DNA from: an uncultured bacterium | Lineage (GTDB): Bacteria; Verrucomicrobiota; Lentisphaeria; Victivallales; UBA1829 | DNA length: 64,000 nucleotides | Assembly (NCBI GenBank): GCA_902774245.1 | Contig: CACYHQ010000012.1 | Coordinates: 2,158 to 66,157 of the forward strand | Reading direction: 5' to 3' | Shown here: positions 43,057-49,942 of the stretch, in pieces | How positions within the stretch are numbered: the first letter of the stretch is position 1 | Layout: each line of letters opens with the position of its first letter | Position numbers and translations under genes: made by a program | The notes under the pieces: generated by a model | Database searches by the model: none | What the model saw: the letters and a program-made list of their open reading frames with translations, nothing else | What the model was told of the DNA's origin: nothing

Positions 43057-43923
43057 TCAGTTGCCCTGCGGCTGGGCTTCTTCGGCGGCTTCGTCTTTCT
43101 TTCCGCCGAACAGGCCCTTGATGGCGTCGGCGGCGGCGTTAGTGGCGTCGTTCACCGCATTGTTGGCGGCATCGACGGCGGCGCTTGTGGCGCCTGCGAC
43201 GGCCGCGGACGTGGCGTCGCCGATCGCGGCGGCGGCATCGCCGACGGAACCGCCGGCGGTCTTGATCGCGGTCGTCACGATAGCACCGAGGATGCGGAGC
43301 GTGAGGCCGACGGGCGTGATGCCTTCTTCATCCGTGCCGAGGTTGGTCATCGGATCAATGGTGACCTTGATCGGGAGGCCGGTGGCAGCGCCCTTCGCCT
43401 GAACCGTGACGCCGACGCTGCTGAGTTCGATGAGGTCGACCTGGAGCGTTTTCTCCTTGTCTTCTTCGCCGGACTTCTCTTCTTCCTGCTTCTCTTTTTT
43501 CTCGGCAGTGTCGAGCTTCTTCACGTTGTCGAGGATCTCCTGCAGGTTGCTGTTGATCACGTTCGTTTCATAAACGATGTCGACGTCCTTCAGGAACATC
43601 TCTTCGATGCGGATCTTGTCTTTCAGGAGGGTATTGATGTCGATGTCGGCGATGATGTCGCCGAGCTTGATCGCGTATTCGGAGGAGTAGGTACCCTGCG
43701 GGTTGTCAACGATCAGATTCGTGATTTCCACGCGGGCGTTGAACGGCTCGATGTGGATACGCTCCACGGAGACGTTGGTGCCGAGAACCAGCGGCGCGCC
43801 CTTTTCCAGCGCGTTCTTCGCGAGCGTGTCGATGAAGAACAGCCCCGCAACGACGAGGATGACGAGGACGATGAGGATGCCGAGGATGATTTTGACGATC
43901 AGACCGGATTTCTTTTTAGCCAT
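43057..43923 (-). CDS. AsmA-like/DUF748-like membrane-anchored protein
   Basis: MAKKKSGLIVKIILGILIVLVILVVAGLFFIDTLAKNALEKGAPLVLGTNVSVERIHIEPFNARVEITNLIVDNPQG follows the AsmA N-terminal pattern. The tail is Ala/Gly-rich. Start set at ATG 43923. Confidence 0.55.
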   Translation of the reverse strand: MAKKKSGLIVKIILGILIVLVILVVAGLFFIDTLAKNALEKGAPLVLGTNVSVERIHIEPFNARVEITNLIVDNPQGTYSSEYAIKLGDIIADIDINTLLKDKIRIEEMFLKDVDIVYETNVINSNLQEILDNVKKLDTAEKKEKQEEEKSGEEDKEKTLQVDLIELSSVGVTVQAKGAATGLPIKVTIDPMTNLGTDEEGITPVGLTLRILGAIVTTAIKTAGGSVGDAAAAIGDATSAAVAGATSAAVDAANNAVNDATNAAADAIKGLFGGKKDEAAEEAQPQGN

Positions 43924-44017
43924 GACGGTTTCTCCTTCTGGTTGGAAGCGACCGGGACGTTTCCGTGCCCGACCGGTATGAAAAAGTGAAAATGGAATTG
44001 ATTGCGTTACGCAGAAT

Positions 44018-44045
44018 AATATAGCAGAGAAAAAGGGAATGTCAA
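44018..44045 (-). promoter_or_regulatory. sigma70-like promoter TTGACA-16-TATATT
   Basis: Reverse strand reads TTGACA ttccctttttctctgc TATATT, upstream of ATG 43923. Confidence 0.45.
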
Positions 44046-44050
44046 AATTT

Positions 44051-44095
44051 AAAATATAAAAACCGCTCCGGGACGCCGGCTTGCGTCCGAAGCGG
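44051..44095 (-). terminator. Rho-independent terminator after rpmB
   Basis: Reverse strand: CCGCTTCGGACGC aagccg GCGTCCCGGAGCGG (13 bp with one bulge) followed by TTTTTATATTTT. Confidence 0.65.
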
Positions 44096-44147
44096 CTTTC
44101 TGTGTTGCGATTCAGGCAAAGGCCATGAAGCGCCGGGAAACGATTCC

Positions 44148-44378
44148 TCAGCAGGCTTTCTGGACTTTTCCGCTCCGGATGCAAGCCGTGCAGACTTTTT
44201 TCCGGACGGTATTGCCGTTCTCGACCACGCGGATGGTCTGGATGTTCGGCGTGAAGGTGCGGGTGGTGTTTTTCACGACGTGCATACCGATACCGCCTTT
44301 TTTCTTGGCCAGACCGCGGCGGATGATGTGTCCGCCCTGGACTTTGTGCTTTCCGCAGATTTCGCAAACGTTGCTCAT
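44148..44378 (-). CDS. rpmB: 50S ribosomal protein L28
   Basis: MSNVCEICGKHKVQGGHIIRRG...RTFTPNIQTIRV...VCTACIRSGKVQK is an L28 pattern. GGAGGAACCCATC precedes ATG 44378. The track start lies in the promoter. Confidence 0.92.
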   Translation of the reverse strand: MSNVCEICGKHKVQGGHIIRRGLAKKKGGIGMHVVKNTTRTFTPNIQTIRVVENGNTVRKKVCTACIRSGKVQKAC

Positions 44379-44440
44379 GATGGGTTCCTCCGAGCTATAT
44401 TGAGTATTGTTTGTATGTTTTTTTGATAAACGCAAAATAT

Positions 44441-44468
44441 AATATACACCAAAAACCGTTTCTTTCAA
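44441..44468 (-). promoter_or_regulatory. sigma70-like promoter TTGAAA-16-TATATT (rpmB)
   Basis: Reverse strand reads TTGAAA gaaacggtttttggtg TATATT. Confidence 0.45.
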
Positions 44469-44516
44469 GCTTTTTTCGCGTTTTTTTTGCGCTTTCGGCT
44501 GTTTTCGGATGCACCG

Positions 44517-47500
44517 TCAGGCTTTCGGACGGAATCCGAAGAAGCACATCAGGCGGCGTCCGATCGTCGCTTTCGGCAGCGCGGTGTCGTAAACGAACTT
44601 ATAGAACAGCGCCGGGATCAGGTAGACGGTGAGGACGGAGGCGAAGGTCAGGCCGCCGACCACGCCGAGGCCGCAACTGGACCGGAGTTCGGAGCCGAGA
44701 CCGCGTCCGAACGCCATCGGCAGCATGCCCGCGACGCTCGCGATGGAGGTCATCACGACGGGGCGGAACTTGTTCTTCGCGGCCTGCGTCATGGCTTCGT
44801 GCGAGGTCACGCCGGAAAGTTCCAGCATGCGCGTCTCGTCCAGGATCAGGATGGCGTTGTTCACCACGATGCCGATCATCATGACGGCGCCGAGCATGCC
44901 GACCATGGAAAGCGAGGAATGCGCCAGGAAGATGATCAGGAAGAGTCCGACGAATCCGAGCGGAACGGTGAACATGATGAGGATCGGGCGCGTCCAGGAT
45001 TCGAGCAGCGCGGCGATCAGCAGGTAGGTCATGATGATGGCGATCGCGAAGACCGAGACGAACTCGTTTGCGCCGTCGCGCATCATTTCCGCCTGACCGA
45101 AGAACTTCAGTTCGTAGCCCTGGTCCAGCTGCGGCGCGAGCTTGCGTTCCAGCAGCTGCATGATGTCGTTCATGGTGTAACCGGGCGCCGGGTTCGCGTA
45201 AATCCAGCCGCCGCGCATCTTGTCCTCGCGCATCAGCGCGATGGACACGGGGTCGGCTTCGAGCGAAGCCACCACGTCCAGGTCGATCGGCTTGCCGTTG
45301 ATGGACCCGGCGACGATGTTCGCGGCCTGGTCGAAACCGGGGACATCCTCGGTCTTCACGCGGATGTCGTAGCTGCGCCCGCCGACCTTGAACGTGCCGG
45401 ACTCGATGCCTTCGTAGTAGCCGACCAGCGAGGTGCCGAGCGTGGCGGCGTCAATGCCGAGGTCCTTGATGATGGTGCGGTTCGGCTTCAGCACGATGCG
45501 CGGTTTGCGCGTGCGGACGCTTGTGTCGATGTCCTGCGCCATGCCGGATTCACGCAGGATCTGCGCACCGAGCAGGGCGTATTGCTCAAGCTTGTCGAAG
45601 TCGTCGCCGGAGACAAACGCCGTCATATCCACGCCGGACACGCCGGTCGCCTTCGGGAGCGTCAGCGAGTACAGCACGTTTTCATATTTGGTGTTCAGAA
45701 GATTGTGAATCTGCGCCACAAGCTCGTGCATCGGCTCGCGTTCGCTCTTCTGCTTGCCGATGATCGCGATCTCCGCCAGATGGACGCCCTCCGGCACCTG
45801 GCCGGGCATCACGTTGCGGTAGCCGACGGTCACGCCAGTCTTCACCACCCACGGCAGCGCCTGGACGTCCTTGAGGACAGCGAGCGTGCAGGCACGCGTC
45901 TCGTCGATGCTGTAGTTGGCGGGGAATTCCAGTTCAATGGAGATCTCGCCTTTGTCGTTGTCCGGCATGAACGACATGCTCACGTTCGGCAGGACCACGC
46001 GCATGATGAGGAAGCAGCCGGCGAAGATCAGGATAATCACGATGCCGCTGAACCTGCGGATCACGCCGAGCGTGTGCCCGTAGGCGGCGGTGATCATGTC
46101 GTAGACCTTGTCCCACAGCCAGAACAGCGCCTTCTGCCACGCGCGCGGCCCGGTCGTGTCCTTCAGCAGGATGGACGCCAGCAGCGGGGTCAGCGTGAAG
46201 CTCACAAAGAGCGAAACGACCGTAGCGATCACCATCACGCCGGCAAACGGCGCGATCAGGAGGCCGATGACCGATTTCATCAGCGCCACGGGCACGAAAA
46301 CCACGATGTTCGTCAGCGCGGACGCCGCCACCGCCACGAGGACTTCATCAGCGCCCTTCGAGGCGGCTTCGGCGGGCGGCAGCCCTTCATGCTGTTTCTT
46401 GATGATGTTTTCGATCACAACGACCGAGTTCGCCACGAGGATACCGGCGGAACACCCGATCGCCACGAGCGTCATCATGTCGAACGTGTAATGCATCAGG
46501 TCCATCGCCGCGAACGTGATCACGACCGAAACCGGCATGGTGATGGAGATGATGAGCGTGGGGCGCACCTCATGCAGGAAGAGGAAGATGAGGACGGCGG
46601 TCAGCAGGATGCCCAGCAGCACGCTCTGCCAGGAATCCGCCACGGACGCCCGGATAAAACTGCCGGTGTCCTTGAACCAGGTGAGATGCATCCCGCCGGG
46701 GAGCATGCCGCCCTTGTTCAGCGTGTCGTATTTCTTCCGGATGCCTTCGATGACCTTCACGGCGTTGGCATCGCTTCGCTTGATGATCTCGATGCAGACG
46801 CCGAGTTCGTCGCCGTAGTAGCCCTCCTGGCGAATTTCCTGGGAGATCAGTTTGACCTCGGCGATGTCGCCGAGATAGAGACGTTTTCCGGCCTGCGTGC
46901 CGATCTCGAGGCTCTTCACGTCCTCGGGATCCTGAAATTCGGCATTGTAGGTGAGGCTGATCTCGCGGCCGGATTCGCGGACGCGGCCGACCGGGAGCTT
47001 CACGTTGTTCTTCGCGACGCACTGGATCACTTCGGCGACCGTGAGGTTGGCGGCGGCCATTTTCTCGCGGTTCAGGACGATGTGCAGCTGGACCTCGTTT
47101 CCGCCGTGGACGCGGACCTCGCCGACGCCGGGGATCGAGGAGAACTGGTCGGAGAGCTTGTCGTCCACGTAGTCGTACATCTCGTCGAGCGTGCGCGTGC
47201 CGGTGAGGAAGAGCGTGACGACCGGGATGGCGTTGATGTTGATCTTGCTGAGCTGGGGCGTCTTCACGGCGGACGGGAAATCGTCCATGATGGTGTTGAG
47301 CTTTTCGCGGACCTGGTGGATCATGACGTCGATGTCGGTGCCCAGCTCGAACTCGAGCGTGAGCGCGGCGGCGTTCTCCATGCAGACAGTCGTGATGTGC
47401 TTCAGACCTTCGATCGAGGCGATCGCGTCTTCGATGCGGCGGGCGACGTCGACTTCGATCTCCTCGGGCGACGCGCCGGGATAGATGGCCGTGACCTGCA

Positions 47501-47633
47501 CGTACGGCACATCGAACTTCGGCAGCAGGTCGATGCCGATCTTTTTATAGGCGAACAGGCCGAGGATGACCAGCATCAGGATGACGCAGGTCATGGCGAC
47601 CTTCCGGTGAATGGAAAGCTGGCTGAGTGTCAT
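44517..47633 (-). CDS. RND efflux transporter permease (AcrB/HAE1-type)
   Basis: About 1038 aa. LSIHRKVAMTCVILMLVILGLFAYKKIGIDLLPKFDVPYVQVTAIYPGASPEEIE is the canonical AcrB N-terminus. 12-TM architecture. GGAGG SD lies before ATG 47633. Confidence 0.93.
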   Translation of the reverse strand: MTLSQLSIHRKVAMTCVILMLVILGLFAYKKIGIDLLPKFDVPYVQVTAIYPGASPEEIEVDVARRIEDAIASIEGLKHITTVCMENAAALTLEFELGTDIDVMIHQVREKLNTIMDDFPSAVKTPQLSKININAIPVVTLFLTGTRTLDEMYDYVDDKLSDQFSSIPGVGEVRVHGGNEVQLHIVLNREKMAAANLTVAEVIQCVAKNNVKLPVGRVRESGREISLTYNAEFQDPEDVKSLEIGTQAGKRLYLGDIAEVKLISQEIRQEGYYGDELGVCIEIIKRSDANAVKVIEGIRKKYDTLNKGGMLPGGMHLTWFKDTGSFIRASVADSWQSVLLGILLTAVLIFLFLHEVRPTLIISITMPVSVVITFAAMDLMHYTFDMMTLVAIGCSAGILVANSVVVIENIIKKQHEGLPPAEAASKGADEVLVAVAASALTNIVVFVPVALMKSVIGLLIAPFAGVMVIATVVSLFVSFTLTPLLASILLKDTTGPRAWQKALFWLWDKVYDMITAAYGHTLGVIRRFSGIVIILIFAGCFLIMRVVLPNVSMSFMPDNDKGEISIELEFPANYSIDETRACTLAVLKDVQALPWVVKTGVTVGYRNVMPGQVPEGVHLAEIAIIGKQKSEREPMHELVAQIHNLLNTKYENVLYSLTLPKATGVSGVDMTAFVSGDDFDKLEQYALLGAQILRESGMAQDIDTSVRTRKPRIVLKPNRTIIKDLGIDAATLGTSLVGYYEGIESGTFKVGGRSYDIRVKTEDVPGFDQAANIVAGSINGKPIDLDVVASLEADPVSIALMREDKMRGGWIYANPAPGYTMNDIMQLLERKLAPQLDQGYELKFFGQAEMMRDGANEFVSVFAIAIIMTYLLIAALLESWTRPILIMFTVPLGFVGLFLIIFLAHSSLSMVGMLGAVMMIGIVVNNAILILDETRMLELSGVTSHEAMTQAAKNKFRPVVMTSIASVAGMLPMAFGRGLGSELRSSCGLGVVGGLTFASVLTVYLIPALFYKFVYDTALPKATIGRRLMCFFGFRPKA

Positions 47634-47649
47634 GGGACTGCCTCCGCGC

Positions 47650-48810
47650 TTACTTCGTGCCCGTGACATTCACGGCGGAACCGTCGTTCACGAAATACTG
47701 GCCGGAAACGATGATGTCCCTGCCGGCGACCGCCTCGGGATTCAGGATCTCGGTGAACCCGTCGGACGTGATGCCGGTCTCGACCTCGATCTCCTGCGCC
47801 TTGCCGTCCTTCACGGCATAGACCGCGCTCTTGCCGCCCTTCTTCAGGATCACGGCGTCGCGCGGCACGCCCATGCCGTCGCGTTCGGCGAGCATGATGT
47901 CGACGTCCACGAGCATGCCGTCCATGAGCGGCGTCCCCTCGGGCAGATACGCACGCATCGTGAACGTGCGGCTGAGCGTGTCGATGACCGGGCTGCACCA
48001 GTCAACCTTCGCCTCGACCTTCCTGTCGCGGAAGCTCACGGTGACCGGAGTCACGCCGGGCTTGATCGCCTCGAAATACACGGCGCTGATGAGGCAGGCG
48101 GCGCGAAGTTTCTTCGGGTCGTTGATGCGGATGATGCTGACGCCGGTTCCGACGAATTCGCCGTTCTCACGGTATTTGACCGCGACCACGCCGTCGTAGG
48201 GAGCCTTTTCCGTGGCATCGCTGAGGTTCTTTTTGGCAATCTCAAGTTCGAGCTTCACCAGGTCGACTTTCGCCGCGTCGTTGCGGAGCGCCGCCTCGGC
48301 CTTTTCGTAGGATTTCTTCGCCTTGTCGAGCGCGACCTCGTAGGTCTCGAACGCGTTGTCGGACACAGCGTGCCCTTCATGAAGCATCCGGTTGCGGTCA
48401 AAGTCCTTCTGCGCTTTTTCGAGCTGGGTCTCCGCGATCCCGATGTCCAGCTGCGTCGAACGATACGTCTCCTCGACCACCTTCAGAGCCTGTTCCGCCA
48501 TCGCCACGCGGTTTTTCAGGTTGTCCTGGTCGATCAGGAACAGCGTCTGCCCCTTTTTGATCGTGTCGCCGTCGTCGACCTTCAATTCCATGTTCCCGGC
48601 CGCACGCGCAGCGACATTCGTGAAGATATACGCCTGAATCGTGCCCTGCACGCGGATCTGCTTGCGGAAATGGCGCTGTTGCGCCTGAGCGGTCTGGACT
48701 TTGATCTGATAGACGGTCCCGGCCTGCGCGTCGTCCTGTTCGGGCTTGGAGCATGCGGCGGCGAAGCAGAGGATGCCCGCGACCGGAAGAAGGAAAGAAG
48801 GATGTTTCAT
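47650..48810 (-). CDS. RND efflux periplasmic adaptor (membrane fusion protein)
   Basis: Lipoprotein-like leader MKHPSFLLPVAGILCFAAAC, with barrel-sandwich, coiled-coil and beta-barrel pattern (GQTLFLIDQ...ELEIAKKNL...GMLVDVDI). Start set at ATG 48810. Confidence 0.88.
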   Translation of the reverse strand: MKHPSFLLPVAGILCFAAACSKPEQDDAQAGTVYQIKVQTAQAQQRHFRKQIRVQGTIQAYIFTNVAARAAGNMELKVDDGDTIKKGQTLFLIDQDNLKNRVAMAEQALKVVEETYRSTQLDIGIAETQLEKAQKDFDRNRMLHEGHAVSDNAFETYEVALDKAKKSYEKAEAALRNDAAKVDLVKLELEIAKKNLSDATEKAPYDGVVAVKYRENGEFVGTGVSIIRINDPKKLRAACLISAVYFEAIKPGVTPVTVSFRDRKVEAKVDWCSPVIDTLSRTFTMRAYLPEGTPLMDGMLVDVDIMLAERDGMGVPRDAVILKKGGKSAVYAVKDGKAQEIEVETGITSDGFTEILNPEAVAGRDIIVSGQYFVNDGSAVNVTGTK

Positions 48811-48869
48811 GATCGCCTCGTTCGTTTCAAAAAAAGGATGCAAACTAATGTTTTCAATCTTAAAAAAAG

Positions 48870-48912
48870 ATTACTTGCTAAGTAATATAGCGCCTATTCA
48901 GTCCAAAGTCAA
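48870..48912 (-). promoter_or_regulatory. promoter TTGACT-17-TATATT with an overlapping 7-3-7 palindrome (candidate operator) for the efflux operon
   Basis: The -35 is at 48907-48912 and the -10 at 48884-48889 (reverse strand). The palindrome ATTACTT gct AAGTAAT at 48870-48886 overlaps the -10 and the start-site region. Confidence 0.45.
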
Positions 48913-48934
48913 GCAAAAATCCATTTTTTGACGC

Positions 48935-48966
48935 AAAAAACCCGCCGGTCCGAACAGACTGGCGGG
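48935..48966 (-). terminator. Rho-independent terminator after the LexA-like gene
   Basis: Reverse strand: CCCGCCaGTC...GACcGGCGGG followed by TTTTTT. Confidence 0.6.
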
Positions 48967-49012
48967 TAAAAGAGATAAGGCGGGAAAAATACGGGGGATA
49001 GGATGAGACGCT

Positions 49013-49597
49013 TTATGTCCTGGCGATCCGGCGCTGAAGCCCGACGACGACGCCTTTGACGTTCGGCGCATCGGACAGCGTGCCGTTGACGATCGCGTCC
49101 TTCGCCTGCTTGAGGATCTCGCGTCCGTTCTCCTCGGCCACGACGATGTCCTCGCCGCTGACGGTCGCCGGGTTGCTCTTCACGATCAGGATGTCGCCGT
49201 CGAAAATGCCGCTGGCGTTCAGGTCGGCCCCGTGCACATGTACGGCGTAGAGGTCTTCCTTTGCGGGACTGTCGAGGAGACGCGTCACGTCGCACACCAG
49301 CGTTTTGTCGCCGGGCTCCGCCAGGGTGGCCTCGCCGATGCAGTGGAACGGGATGGACTGGACGCCGGCAGGGAAGCGCGAGCGCTTTTTCGGGTGGGAC
49401 AGGCTGATGCTGCGGGCTTTCGAGCTGCGCGTGAGGTAGTTTTTCTTCTGCAGGGCCCGGATGTGAGCAAAGACGGTGGAAGTCTTGATGTGGAAATGTT
49501 CGGCGATCTCGTAGATGGTCGGCGCCATTTCCTGCGTGGTCATGAATTCGTTGATGAACTCGATGATGTTTTTCTGTTTCTGGGTCAGACCTTTCAT
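49013..49597 (-). CDS. LexA-like repressor (wHTH plus S24 fold) with a substituted catalytic serine
   Basis: N-terminal MKGLTQKQKNIIEFINEFMTTQEMAPTIYEIAEHFHIKTSTVFAHIRALQKKNYL is LexA-type. The C-terminal VHGADLNASGIFDGDILIV aligns gap-free with E. coli VSGMSMKDIGIMDGDLLAV. Confidence 0.8.
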   Translation of the reverse strand: MKGLTQKQKNIIEFINEFMTTQEMAPTIYEIAEHFHIKTSTVFAHIRALQKKNYLTRSSKARSISLSHPKKRSRFPAGVQSIPFHCIGEATLAEPGDKTLVCDVTRLLDSPAKEDLYAVHVHGADLNASGIFDGDILIVKSNPATVSGEDIVVAEENGREILKQAKDAIVNGTLSDAPNVKGVVVGLQRRIART

Positions 49598-49856
49598 GGA
49601 TGATTCCCTCCTGTTTTGGTTTGGTCCGAGGCGCCTGAGCTCCGCACCCCCCTAACGGCGGAGTTTTGCGCACCCTTTTCCGATTACTATAAATGCATAC
49701 GGAGTTTTTTCCAGCGTCTTTTCCTGCGCGGCATACACTTTTTCCGGGAAAACCGCGGGAAAAACCGACCTGGTCAAATTTGCTGGTCAGGATTCGGGAC
49801 CGAAACGAAGCGGCACGCATCCGGCAAAAACGCCGGAAAACGTTTTCCTCGCGCGC

Positions 49857-49885
49857 TTGACAAACCCGCGCGGGCATGCTATAAT
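49857..49885 (+). promoter_or_regulatory. consensus sigma70 promoter TTGACA-17-TATAAT
   Basis: TTGACA at 49857-49862 and TATAAT at 49880-49885, about 57 nt upstream of ATG 49943. Confidence 0.55.
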
Positions 49886-49942
49886 AATTGAATAATTAAA
49901 CCATCCAGCACTTTCCCCCCGACCGAAAGGACCTTCCGCCTC

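Noticed and set aside
44487-47666. 1059-aa plus-strand ORF
   Set aside because: It is antisense to the AcrB-type RND pump. The product is dominated by D, G, R, H and A runs.
48870-48886. Reading the palindrome as a known LexA box of the TTAC-N3-GTAA type
   Set aside because: Here the TTAC and GTAA half-sites are separated by 7 nt, not 3. It also does not match CTGT-N8-ACAG or GAAC-N4-GTTC. I keep it only as a generic operator candidate.
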